A stretch of 64,000 nt of DNA from Candidatus Margulisiibacteriota bacterium. GTDB taxonomy: Bacteria; Margulisbacteria; WOR-1; XYC2-FULL-46-14. A program made the translations under genes and the position numbers. Each line of letters starts with the position of its first letter. The stretch's first letter is position 1. This document shows positions 30,035 through 39,881 of the stretch, piece by piece. The notes beneath the pieces are model-generated. The model worked only from the letters and a program-made list of their open reading frames with translations. It had not been told where the DNA came from and ran no database searches. The stretch covers positions 1 to 64,000 of the forward strand of contig JBHPMS010000001.1 in the NCBI GenBank assembly GCA_042563095.1. The letters run 5' to 3'.

Positions 30035-33000
30035 ATGCAAGAGAATCAAACAGAAAAAGACATCAATAATCCCCAGCTTGGCTTCGTAAAAGATGTAGCA
30101 AAATATTTCATGAACTTCTTGGAAACTGACTTCAAAAAAAGAAGGTTGCCAAAAAGAAATACCATTCAAAAAACCCAAAAAGGTCTTAGGGTAGGAATAG
30201 ATCTAGAAAAATACCCGAAGTTAAAAAAGACATTATTAAAACACTTTAACAACGGATTTAATAAAGAAGACTTATTAATCAGAAAGGGTGCATACACAGG
30301 CGCCATCCCCAAAACCTTACTGAATTTAATATACGATAAAATCAAGAAACTCTCTACAAATGATTTACACGCCGCATTTAAAAAGATTCAAAAAATGGCT
30401 GAGGAAAAAATCGTTTTATTTTCGAAAGAGTATGACAAATATTTAGAAGAAAGTATCGAGGAGACCAAAAACATTATCGCCAATAGTGTTGTCCTCCCCT
30501 TTTTAGATGATCTTGATAAACCACTCGAAAATCTAGAAATCGCAGATGAGAACAGCAAATACCAGCTTGAAATCGACATAGTTGACTCTCTCTTTGCCGC
30601 ATTTGAAGAAAATCTCGCTGAAACATTTCAATCATTCTTCCAAAAGCCTAGAGGCAATAATTTATCAGAATTACTAGAAGAAATTATTTCGCTCTCCGAG
30701 ATTCGTGAAAGCTTAATAAGCTTCTTTGAAAAATACTCTATCAGCGATGCTTTTTATGATATATACCAGATTTTTAGAAACAACAAGCTGGTAGACAAAT
30801 CAGAGATATACGCATATTTTCATGAGATTTCCTTAGGAAACGAAAAGTTTCCCGTTTTCTATATGCCAATCGCCATACAAAAAGAAGAAAACAAGTTTCT
30901 TCTTCAGTTTGAAAAACGACTTTATGTAAACATAAAAGCTATAGACTTTGTTGTGCAAGAATTCAACTTACAAACCCAGAAGAAATCAACCTTGGTCGGA
31001 GAATTTGAGCGAATTATATATATTAACGAAGAAAATGAATTTTTCTCTTTAATGGAAACAATAATAAGGAGGATTGAAAACTTTTTTGAATTCAACAGGA
31101 ATATTGATCTTCACACAGAAAAGCTACAGAAGGGCGTCAATCTCATTGCATCTCTTTCCAACAAAGTTTATTTCTATCTTTTTGATAAATCTGACGAAGC
31201 ATTGATTAATGACTACGAAGAGATACTTAACGATAAAGGTGAGATTCTTGAAATTTTCTCAAGCCTCTTGAACGGATTTATCGAGAAGAACCCCGTGGCC
31301 TTTATGGAGGAAATTGCGAACAAATGGGATGAAAAGAGTATTCCTAAAAAGCTAATTTTTGAAAGCCCCATCCCGCTTAATGACGAACAAAAACAAGTCT
31401 TATTAGCTCTTCAAAAACCAGAATGTAAATTCATGATTTTAGAGGGTCCTCCCGGAACAGGGAAAAGCCATACAATTACGGCAGTAATTTGCAAGGCCTT
31501 ATTGGAGGAAAAATCCGTATTAGTACTTTCCGATAAGAAGGAAGCACTTGATGTTGTTGAAAATAAAATTGCAGACACATTGAATAAAATCAGGCGTGAA
31601 GATGATTTTCAAAATCCCATATTGAGGTTAGGAAGATCCGGCAACAAATTCTATAAGATTGTTCAGGGCCAAGCAATCCAAAAAATCAAAGAGCATTATC
31701 GATCGTATCAAAACAAGAGAGAGCAATACAACTCAACAAGATCAAACAAACTAAAAACATTGGAAAACAATCTATCAGAAAGCATTGACCACTTTGACAA
31801 AATCGATCTTCAGGATGTTTTGTTTTATATTGCACATCTAGAAACACTATCAACAATCAATTGGGCGGACAACAAAGGCCAACTTTCTGTTGCCAAAGAA
31901 TCATTTCTAAAAATTAAAAGCAGCATAATCAAACTGCATTCCCACAAAAACTGTTCTTATCGAGCTGAATTTGCAAACACAGGCAATCTTAATTTATTAA
32001 GTAAATTAGAATCTCTCTACAACAGCATAGAAACTGCCAAGAGCAAGATTAACAATCTATCATCCAGAAAAAAAGAGATCCAAGAACTTATGTCTTTTTC
32101 TCCTGCAGAAAGGACCGATATGTCTCAAGGATTAGTGAAAATACAACAAGTGTTTTCAGAGATATCTTCTGCCTCTTCGAAGGTAAATCTGTCATATCTC
32201 GAAAAACTTACAGATCAAACTACTCTATCAGACCTTCTTGAGAAGAAGAGGCTTATTACACACACACTAGACCTTTTTGGCGTTGCAAAAAAGTTTTTTG
32301 AGAACAACTTACAGCACTCTCAGTTACTAGAACATTTTGTCATTCCTTCGGAATTCAAAACCAACGATGCAAACATGGTTTTAAATGAATATCTGATCAA
32401 TCTAAAGAAGTTGCGCACTCCTATTCTTGGATATCTGTTTAAGAAGGAAAAAGTTATAGAATTAACCAGGCAGCTTAAAAAAACATTCCATTTCTTTAAT
32501 ATTGAACGCCCAGAAAGGTCTCAGCAAATATTATGGGCCATCCATGATCTATTTGAAATGCTAAACGCTAAACTCGTAAATGATTCTAATGCTAATATTA
32601 TATTTTGTAATATTATTCAACTTCTGACCATGCCCAAAAAAGATGAGCAATTAAATACCCTTGCAAAAATATCTCAAAACTTTATCCTTATATCTGATGA
32701 AATCAAAAAGCTCTACTATTATGCAAGCCTGAAGATTTGTGATATTGACGAGCAAGAGGCTTTTATAAAAACAATAGAGCTATCCATTGAGATTCAAGAG
32801 ATTAATTCAAACCTCAAAGGAATTCAATTAAACAAGACCATTTCTAGCAAACACCTTATCTTTGAATCCCTAGAGAATGATATTAATATTATCTCCAAAA
32901 TGATCATCTCCCTTAAAGAATTGCTAACAGACTCTGACGATATTTACTTCTTACAAAACTTCCAAAAGCTAAACAAAGAAATCGCAGGAAACATTTCATT

Positions 33001-35290
33001 GAACATGGATTCCGATAAAATCAGCCAACTACAATGTGTCTTGCTTGGATATTCAGATGAAGAAATTAAGACATATTTAAAATTCAAGGAAATTGAGCAA
33101 AAACTAGAAGAACAATTTACGGATATTCCTAACGACAACTTCCAATCTCTTATTACAGAGATTGAAGACCTTGTAACCGCTGAAATGACCTTCTTTTTAG
33201 ATAAAAGGATCATCGAATATACAAGCGATTATGCGGGTGAAGTGCACACAATTAAAAGCATTGTTCGTAAGAAACAAAGATTTCCAAAAGCACTCTTTCA
33301 AAATCTCAAGAAAGCGTTTCCTTGCATATTAGCAGGTATTCGCGACTATGCGGAATATATTCCGCTTGAAAAAGATTTATTTGATCTAATTATAATTGAT
33401 GAAGCATCCCAAGTTAGCATTGCCCAGGCACTGCCTGCCCTTATCAGAGGCAAACAAATAATCGTACTTGGAGATGATAAGCAATTTTCAAGCGTAAAAG
33501 CTAACAATGCAAGTACCGTTACAAACCAACAACATAAAAGTAAAATCCAATCGTCTTTCCTTGAGGAAAGGTGCCAAGGAGAAGATCAATTTGGGTGGTT
33601 AACAAAAGTTAAAGATAATTTTGACATTAAAAACTCAATATTAAAATTCCTAAGATTTATTAGAAATTATGAGTGTCAATTAAAGAAGCATTTTCGTTGC
33701 TATCCTGAAGTAATTTCATATTCGGACAAACATTTCTACGGAAATAGTCTACAGTGTATGAAAATCAGGGGGAAGCCAATAAGTGACGTTATTGTCTTTG
33801 AGGTTATTGATCATGATGGAAAACTTGATAAAACAAAAAACACAAATGAATTAGAAGTTGATGCCATTGTAAAAAAGCTTAGAGAAATGAAATCTCAAGG
33901 AACAACTCAGAGCCTTGGAATAATCACACCCCATAGAGAACAAGTAACATTGTTGTTTGACAGAATTAATTCACTTCAAGAAAAAGATTGGCTTTTTGAT
34001 AAATGCAAGCTCAAGATAATGACTTTTGATACTTGCCAAGGAGAAGAGAGAGATTACATTTTTTACTCAATGGTAGCAACGCGAGAAAAAGACCGGCTAA
34101 AATGGATCTTCCCCAAAGATTTTTCTACAATAAGTGATGAAATAGAGGGGACCATAAAGGCGCAAAGATTAAATGTTGGTTTTAGTCGGTCAAAAGAAAC
34201 AATTCATTTTGTACTAAGTAAGCCCATTGAAGAATTTCAAGGAGAAATAAAAAATGCGATGCTGCACTACAAAAATACACTTGAAGATAGCAGGAACAAC
34301 CTTGATGGAGAAACTGACAAAAGTTCTCCAATGGAGCAAAAAGTATTGCACTTCATCACTGAAACAGAGTTCTACAAACAATATAAACAAAACATTGAGT
34401 TAATACCTCAATTCCCTTTAGGCAACTATCTCCGGCAGCTAGACAGAACATACTCTCACCCTGCATATAAGGTTGATTTTCTTATGATTTTTGAAGACAC
34501 TAAAATTATAATTGAGTACGATGGTTTTAAAGAGCATTTTATCAATCGAGGAGAAGTAAACGAGTCAAACTATCAAGCCTACATGAAAGATGAGGATATC
34601 TATCGGCAAAAGGTGTTGGAAGGATATGGATATTCTTTCCTAAGAATTAATAGATTTAACATAGGAAAGGATCCAATTGAAACCCTCAACCAGAGGCTAA
34701 CCGAAATTTGTAAAAAAAAAGTCCTGTCATCCTCAGCGCTAGAAGAATATCACGAGCAAATTAGCAGGCTTCAAGATGGGGATGAAAAGTCCTGCGATAG
34801 CTGTGGGAAAATATTTGAGGCACAATATTTTCCTTACAAATCTAGTGGGCTCTGTCTTTGGTGCTACGAAAAAAAACATAACAAAACGCTAAGAACACTT
34901 AGAAAAAAGCTTAGATTAATGGTTCGTAAAAAACCCAAAGATTCCCCCCGCAAAAATCGCAAAAAGTCTTGGGATAATAATAATACAGAAAGCATAGACG
35001 AAATTATGCAACGAATCACGAAGACTGAATCCAAAACATCAATTATTAATAAGGCATACGATAACCACCATTCAATAGCAATGACATACAAAGGGATCAA
35101 AAGAACAATTCACCCATATGCATGTAACAATATTTATTGTATCGCATATTGTAATTACAGAAAGGGACTGAGAACTTTCAGGATTGATCGAATGAGAAAT
35201 GTAAAAATCGGACCGGAATTTTTAGTTGATCATGCGCTACAGAATGAAGCACAAAGTAAAATAAAAAACATAAGGCGAATTTCGTATTAG
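30035..35290 (+). CDS. 1751-aa multidomain protein: N-terminal unknown domain, SF1B/Upf1-like helicase with a large insertion, REase-like (DUF559-like) domain, zinc ribbon and a C-terminal WYL domain
   Basis: Walker A ILEGPPGTGKSH (~31445) and motif II LIIIDEASQ (~33398). Motifs III GDDKQ, IV HFRCYPEV, V TFDTCQGEERD and VI RLNVGFSRSKE. Nuclease-like YKVDFLMIFEDTKIIIEYDGFKEHF (~34470). CDSCG...CLWC ribbon (~34800). WYL block YKGIKRTIHPYACNNIYCIAYCNYRKGLRTFRIDRM (~35080-35200). Confidence 0.8.
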   Translation: MQENQTEKDINNPQLGFVKDVAKYFMNFLETDFKKRRLPKRNTIQKTQKGLRVGIDLEKYPKLKKTLLKHFNNGFNKEDLLIRKGAYTGAIPKTLLNLIYDKIKKLSTNDLHAAFKKIQKMAEEKIVLFSKEYDKYLEESIEETKNIIANSVVLPFLDDLDKPLENLEIADENSKYQLEIDIVDSLFAAFEENLAETFQSFFQKPRGNNLSELLEEIISLSEIRESLISFFEKYSISDAFYDIYQIFRNNKLVDKSEIYAYFHEISLGNEKFPVFYMPIAIQKEENKFLLQFEKRLYVNIKAIDFVVQEFNLQTQKKSTLVGEFERIIYINEENEFFSLMETIIRRIENFFEFNRNIDLHTEKLQKGVNLIASLSNKVYFYLFDKSDEALINDYEEILNDKGEILEIFSSLLNGFIEKNPVAFMEEIANKWDEKSIPKKLIFESPIPLNDEQKQVLLALQKPECKFMILEGPPGTGKSHTITAVICKALLEEKSVLVLSDKKEALDVVENKIADTLNKIRREDDFQNPILRLGRSGNKFYKIVQGQAIQKIKEHYRSYQNKREQYNSTRSNKLKTLENNLSESIDHFDKIDLQDVLFYIAHLETLSTINWADNKGQLSVAKESFLKIKSSIIKLHSHKNCSYRAEFANTGNLNLLSKLESLYNSIETAKSKINNLSSRKKEIQELMSFSPAERTDMSQGLVKIQQVFSEISSASSKVNLSYLEKLTDQTTLSDLLEKKRLITHTLDLFGVAKKFFENNLQHSQLLEHFVIPSEFKTNDANMVLNEYLINLKKLRTPILGYLFKKEKVIELTRQLKKTFHFFNIERPERSQQILWAIHDLFEMLNAKLVNDSNANIIFCNIIQLLTMPKKDEQLNTLAKISQNFILISDEIKKLYYYASLKICDIDEQEAFIKTIELSIEIQEINSNLKGIQLNKTISSKHLIFESLENDINIISKMIISLKELLTDSDDIYFLQNFQKLNKEIAGNISLNMDSDKISQLQCVLLGYSDEEIKTYLKFKEIEQKLEEQFTDIPNDNFQSLITEIEDLVTAEMTFFLDKRIIEYTSDYAGEVHTIKSIVRKKQRFPKALFQNLKKAFPCILAGIRDYAEYIPLEKDLFDLIIIDEASQVSIAQALPALIRGKQIIVLGDDKQFSSVKANNASTVTNQQHKSKIQSSFLEERCQGEDQFGWLTKVKDNFDIKNSILKFLRFIRNYECQLKKHFRCYPEVISYSDKHFYGNSLQCMKIRGKPISDVIVFEVIDHDGKLDKTKNTNELEVDAIVKKLREMKSQGTTQSLGIITPHREQVTLLFDRINSLQEKDWLFDKCKLKIMTFDTCQGEERDYIFYSMVATREKDRLKWIFPKDFSTISDEIEGTIKAQRLNVGFSRSKETIHFVLSKPIEEFQGEIKNAMLHYKNTLEDSRNNLDGETDKSSPMEQKVLHFITETEFYKQYKQNIELIPQFPLGNYLRQLDRTYSHPAYKVDFLMIFEDTKIIIEYDGFKEHFINRGEVNESNYQAYMKDEDIYRQKVLEGYGYSFLRINRFNIGKDPIETLNQRLTEICKKKVLSSSALEEYHEQISRLQDGDEKSCDSCGKIFEAQYFPYKSSGLCLWCYEKKHNKTLRTLRKKLRLMVRKKPKDSPRKNRKKSWDNNNTESIDEIMQRITKTESKTSIINKAYDNHHSIAMTYKGIKRTIHPYACNNIYCIAYCNYRKGLRTFRIDRMRNVKIGPEFLVDHALQNEAQSKIKNIRRISY

Positions 35291-35358
35291 GCCATGAAAT
35301 TGATTGAGTATGTTACTTTGGTTAGACACGCTCCTAGTTTTCTTTTAAAATACCCCGT

Positions 35359-36798
35359 CTATGCTTCATGTTTATCAAAATATTTTTTAATAGCATGGGT
35401 AGCTATGCAATCATCTTCATTATAATCTAATATCCTTTGTAAAATCTTTTTATCCTTTGTTTCAACATATTGATTATACCAAACAATGGAGTTCGCTCCC
35501 GAGGGGTCTTCATCTCGCCATTTAAAACCCACTTGTTCTGCTATCTTCTTCAAGCCATATGAATAAGTTGGCCAATCAGAGTAATTAACAACTAAATTGT
35601 ATATGTCATACTCACTAGCTAAATATTTATCTAACACTGCTTCATCAAGATCATATTTTTCTCTAAGCTTCTTTAGGGTTGAACGTTCTTTCGGGGAATA
35701 AACATAATAAGTCACATTCTCTTCCTTTCCCAAAAATTCCCATAAAGCAGCAACTGTCTGTTTTTCACCATCAAGATCATTAGCTAAAAAATATTTAAAG
35801 TTTTTCTGGTTTTGCTCATTAATCGAATAAAATCCAAAAAGATATATAATACCCTGCAAGGGGTCTTCTTCGATATCAAAATAATATTCTTTATTCCGTT
35901 CAGGAAAGAGAAATCCTGACCTTATTTCCGGCTTACCAGCAAGAATTACCCTGGCGCGATTTTTCATTCGTTCAAGAGATTTTCTAGCCAAGCCCTTTAT
36001 TTTATATGGTGGCTTAAGATATTTATTCACATCTATATTGGCAACATCTTGAATTGTTTTTATCCCTCGTTCTTTTAGAGCATATTTTGTTTTGCCAACA
36101 AAGAAGATAAGAGATAGATCCTTTTCTGATTTTGCCCACTGCTTGCATACCTTTTCCCAAACACACAGGGAACAACTACTGCTAATAATAGGCTCATGAT
36201 GGCTTTTAGTGGTTTTTAAATTTCTTACCTCTTTTAGGGCATGGACATAACAATCCTTGTAATCATCAATAAAGAACTCCTCGACTTCCTTGTTGCCATT
36301 AATTATTTTACCTTTTCCATAAATATAACCTTGAATTATCTTTAGGAGATTATTATAAAATATTATCTGATAAGCATAATGAAGTTTAAATCTCTGACTG
36401 CGCTCATCTGCGATTCCTTTACCGCTCTTTATGTCAATTACTTCGTAATAAAAATCGCCAAAATTAGAACTATGCCCCTCTTTTTTGATAAGCAAATCCG
36501 GTCGGCCAAGCATACCGTTCTGAAAAAGACAGCCTTGATAAATAATTGGAGCTCCCTGTCTCATTAATTTTAATGTTTTATCACGCGCTTGATTTGGCTC
36601 TTTTTCTTTAACCTCTACCAGTTTGCCATATCCTAAAGAAGCAACAACTTCTTTTTCATTTTTTATTCCTGATTCCCAAAGCAATTTAACAAAGGAGTTA
36701 ACCATTTGTTTCTGTGACTTATCCCCATTTTCATCTAGATAAATTCTATATGGGCATTTATCAAAATTATATAAATCTTGAGCAGTTATACACTTCAA
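35359..36798 (-). CDS. RecB-family PD-(D/E)xK nuclease (Cas4-like N-terminus) fused to an RNase-H-fold 3'-5' exonuclease-like domain (TM0106/YprB-like)
   Basis: N-terminal CITAQDLYNFDKCPYRIYL, EVIDIK (D-x-K) and a C..C..C cluster (SSSCSLCVWEKVCKQ). C-terminal YFDIEED and YNEDDCIATH exonuclease-like motifs. Confidence 0.6.
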   Translation of the reverse strand: MKCITAQDLYNFDKCPYRIYLDENGDKSQKQMVNSFVKLLWESGIKNEKEVVASLGYGKLVEVKEKEPNQARDKTLKLMRQGAPIIYQGCLFQNGMLGRPDLLIKKEGHSSNFGDFYYEVIDIKSGKGIADERSQRFKLHYAYQIIFYNNLLKIIQGYIYGKGKIINGNKEVEEFFIDDYKDCYVHALKEVRNLKTTKSHHEPIISSSCSLCVWEKVCKQWAKSEKDLSLIFFVGKTKYALKERGIKTIQDVANIDVNKYLKPPYKIKGLARKSLERMKNRARVILAGKPEIRSGFLFPERNKEYYFDIEEDPLQGIIYLFGFYSINEQNQKNFKYFLANDLDGEKQTVAALWEFLGKEENVTYYVYSPKERSTLKKLREKYDLDEAVLDKYLASEYDIYNLVVNYSDWPTYSYGLKKIAEQVGFKWRDEDPSGANSIVWYNQYVETKDKKILQRILDYNEDDCIATHAIKKYFDKHEA

Positions 36799-36802
36799 TC
36801 AA

Positions 36803-37543
36803 TTATCCCTCCCTCAAAGGACATATTTCATGATAATTGCAAAATCTGCATTTATCATTTTGATTAGCCTCAAAGTTAACTGTGCTAGAAATATGTTCTG
36901 CGATGTTTAATACTTTTTCTCTTAATTCCGATATGGAATTCGCTTTAACAGGGAATTCAATAATCTTATTGTCACCTAAAAAATAATAAACCTTTCTTGT
37001 TACTTGATAATTTGGGTAAACAAGCTGAACCAATAATTCATAAAAATCCAATTGAAAAGGGTCAGAATCGTCTTCTCTGATTGTCCCAGTCTTATAATCA
37101 ATTATGGTTAATTGATCACCAACTAAATCAAGCCTATCAAATTTACCACTTATTTCTAAATCAGAGGACATTTTACACCTGGGATAGTCTTCTGTTGAGA
37201 ATGGATTTGCGTCAAAAAACTCACTCTGACAAAAATATTCAAACATCTTTCTAGCCTTTAACACATATTCAATAACTTTTTCTTTTGATCCAAATATCTT
37301 GTCATGTTTTTTCTTGTGAACCATGTATTTCGCCTTAAAGATTTCCCTTAATTTATCTAAAGACCGTTCCTCCTTAGGGGTTCTCTTATATAGGTCGTTA
37401 AGTGCAGCATGAACAAGATTCCCGAATGTAAGAGCAGGACTGTCTCTGAAATAACGTTTTCTTGTTTCTGTGTCACAGTCACACTTATATTGAAAGGGAC
37501 ATAAGAGGTATGTTTTGATCTTACTTGGAGATAGAGATAACAT
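36803..37543 (-). CDS. Cas4-like PD-(D/E)xK nuclease with Fe-S cysteine cluster
   Basis: LSPSKIKTYLLCPFQYK N-terminus, IIDYKTG (D-x-K) and a C-terminal CRFCNYHEICP. Confidence 0.65.
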   Translation of the reverse strand: MLSLSPSKIKTYLLCPFQYKCDCDTETRKRYFRDSPALTFGNLVHAALNDLYKRTPKEERSLDKLREIFKAKYMVHKKKHDKIFGSKEKVIEYVLKARKMFEYFCQSEFFDANPFSTEDYPRCKMSSDLEISGKFDRLDLVGDQLTIIDYKTGTIREDDSDPFQLDFYELLVQLVYPNYQVTRKVYYFLGDNKIIEFPVKANSISELREKVLNIAEHISSTVNFEANQNDKCRFCNYHEICPLREG

Positions 37544-37605
37544 ATCAGTTTAATGCTACGCTTTAAAATAATAAAAATCAAGGCAAAAACCACTTTTCGA
37601 GGAGA

Positions 37606-38625
37606 TTATTCTATTATTTCTGCAAGTAATTCTTCAATCGCGCTTATATTAAAACCATCTTTGGATCTTTTTGCTTGTTCCCTGATTAAGCGAAGCAGTC
37701 CTTCTTTATCAGCGGCTTTTTGCAGTCCAACAATTGCCTGATCCCTTTGCCTTTCAATATCTTCCCACGTTATTGATTGTCGAGATTCCATTGCTGTTCG
37801 ATTAGGATAAATACTCATTGAATGTTGCGGAGTCATTAGAGATCTTAAATCTCTTTGTCTATCTACTAATGCCCGATAGTAATTCTGAAGATCGAGCAAA
37901 GTTGCCCTGTCATTTTCTTGAGACAACATTGCATTTATTCCAGTAAGTGCTACTTCATCTCCTTTTGCTTTAGCTTCAACAGCCTCAGTAAATAATTCAG
38001 GATCTATTGCTTCCTGACTAGCAATATCAGGATGCATTTGCCTAACTATTGTCTTATACTTGTTTTTAACTTCTGATGAAAGCGGAATTTCTTTTTTTAG
38101 TTCAAATAATCTTTCCAATGTTAATTTAGCATTTGATACAAATTCATCAACAGCTGCTTTTACACCATAAATATTCCCTCCAAAAGTATAAACCCTTTCT
38201 AATTCTTGGTTAGCTTTATATAGACCATATAAAAGACAAACTGCTTCAGCCTCTTTAATACTTGCTTCCATTCTTAATCTTCCATAATAACCGCTCTCAA
38301 CTTTAAAAGTTGCAGTTCTTTTTCTGACAACATTTATCTTATCTTTTAATCTGCTAATTTCTACAGACCTTCGCAAACCAGAGACATATTCGTTATAAGA
38401 AGGCATGTTATGTGTTAACGTAGTAACAAGAGGTTGCCAATTACGTGCAAAAGCATGTAAGCCTATATTTTCATGAAAATAGGTTTCTAGTCTATGCACG
38501 GCAAGCTCTCTTTCTGCCATAATCATAGAAGGAGCATACCCTCGTCTTCTTGGTCTAGATGTTCGACAGTGTTTACCAATCGAAGACAGTAAGCTTCCTG
38601 GGGCTTGTGTGCCTGATAGTGCCAT
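37606..38625 (-). CDS. hypothetical protein with internal J-domain-like (HPD) segment
   Basis: NKYKTIVRQMHPDIASQEAIDPELFTEAVEAKAKGD resembles J-domain helix II, the HPD loop and helix III. An AAGGAG RBS lies 6 nt before the ATG at 38625. Confidence 0.4.
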   Translation of the reverse strand: MALSGTQAPGSLLSSIGKHCRTSRPRRRGYAPSMIMAERELAVHRLETYFHENIGLHAFARNWQPLVTTLTHNMPSYNEYVSGLRRSVEISRLKDKINVVRKRTATFKVESGYYGRLRMEASIKEAEAVCLLYGLYKANQELERVYTFGGNIYGVKAAVDEFVSNAKLTLERLFELKKEIPLSSEVKNKYKTIVRQMHPDIASQEAIDPELFTEAVEAKAKGDEVALTGINAMLSQENDRATLLDLQNYYRALVDRQRDLRSLMTPQHSMSIYPNRTAMESRQSITWEDIERQRDQAIVGLQKAADKEGLLRLIREQAKRSKDGFNISAIEELLAEIIE

Positions 38626-38772
38626 ACGTTGCTTTCTCCTTCTATATTATTATCTGAATTATTTAGTTGAAATTTCACACAAAATCGCTCCGAGCGGGGT
38701 GTGGGGAGCGAGGAGCGATTTTTCAATCACTCTACATTCGACCAAGATCCTTTTTCTTGCTACCATGAATTG

Positions 38773-38888
38773 TGTTAGGTATAATAATACTCAGGTTGGT
38801 TCGTCTAGAAACAGGTCGAGCCATATTATTATATGGATATCTACTAAGATCCCTATCGGGCTTGACATTCATGAAGCATATGAGATAA
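38773..38888 (+). promoter_or_regulatory. sigma70-like promoter (TTGCTA-17-TAGGTATAAT) with a conserved hairpin/mini-ORF (TTG-VRLETGRA..., 30 aa), copy R1
   Basis: -10 at 38780-38785, core ggttcgtctagaaacaggtcgagcc at 38798-38822, mini-ORF 38796-38888, then a T-rich tail. Confidence 0.45.
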
Positions 38889-38951
38889 TTTTTACTAGCC
38901 CTCTGTGACGATAATCGGCGTCGTGCCGTGCTCCCATTAAGTTGGGACTAG

Positions 38952-39740
38952 TCATAGGGGGCTTAATTTTTTACTTTCTAAAACATTCCTACGATTATAA
39001 TAATTATCGGGATACTTATCAAAATCATACAGATCAATTACAAGAGAAACCTTATTCTTTATAAAATTAAAAAAGCGATCTTCGCCTTTTAAAAAAAGGC
39101 GCTGAATCGACCAGTTGATATAATCTATTACCTGTAAACATGCTTCACCTTCAGGTCTCTGAGCATAAATAATTACCTGCGTGTCTATCTTTGTCTTCCA
39201 TTTGCTCTCAAACGTATTTATTGCAGATTGGATAGCATTTTCAAGATGACTTTGCCGGGGACGATTGCCTCGTTTGGAAAAATAAATAACATTGGAGCTT
39301 GATCTGTGTAGCTGATTCTGAAATAATTTAGAAATTAGATCATCATAGAATACATTTTCATCGCGATTGTGCCTTCCGATAAATATACGCTCTTTCTTCC
39401 TCGCTACAACAATTTCGCTTTTAAATGGTAATTTGTGAATTGTCTTGAATACTTTTTCGCGGATTTCTGAGCAGTCATCGGTTGCATGAAATGCGGATAC
39501 ACTCTTTTTTACCGATGGGATTTCTCTTAAATATTCATCACCTGCAACTTCTTTTCTTAATTCACTAAGTGCTTTCCTGATATCTTCGGGATGCTCGGTC
39601 TTAATGGTTCCGAGAATAAGTATCTTTGAAGATCCCTTTTCGCCACCTACAATATATTTGCCATACCGATTATAAAAGGTAGGGTCACCCGACTCGTCAA
39701 CGAAAAAAGACATCTTTCTATCTTTGGCTTGCTTTATCAT
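38952..39740 (-). CDS. DUF3800-family protein
   Basis: N-terminal SFFVDESGD matches the DUF3800 start motif (YIDESG). The true start may be the second ATG, at 39713. Confidence 0.55.
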   Translation of the reverse strand: MIKQAKDRKMSFFVDESGDPTFYNRYGKYIVGGEKGSSKILILGTIKTEHPEDIRKALSELRKEVAGDEYLREIPSVKKSVSAFHATDDCSEIREKVFKTIHKLPFKSEIVVARKKERIFIGRHNRDENVFYDDLISKLFQNQLHRSSSNVIYFSKRGNRPRQSHLENAIQSAINTFESKWKTKIDTQVIIYAQRPEGEACLQVIDYINWSIQRLFLKGEDRFFNFIKNKVSLVIDLYDFDKYPDNYYNRRNVLESKKLSPL

Positions 39741-39881
39741 TTAAAGCCATTATATCATTTATATTCTCGTATTATTTTAACTTTTATCTACTTAAAAACC
39801 GCTTTTCGCGGGTTTTCGCGGTTTTTGCTCCGAGTGAAGTTGAGGGGGTGTGGTAGCATTATTCTTGCAACCGCTCTGTTT

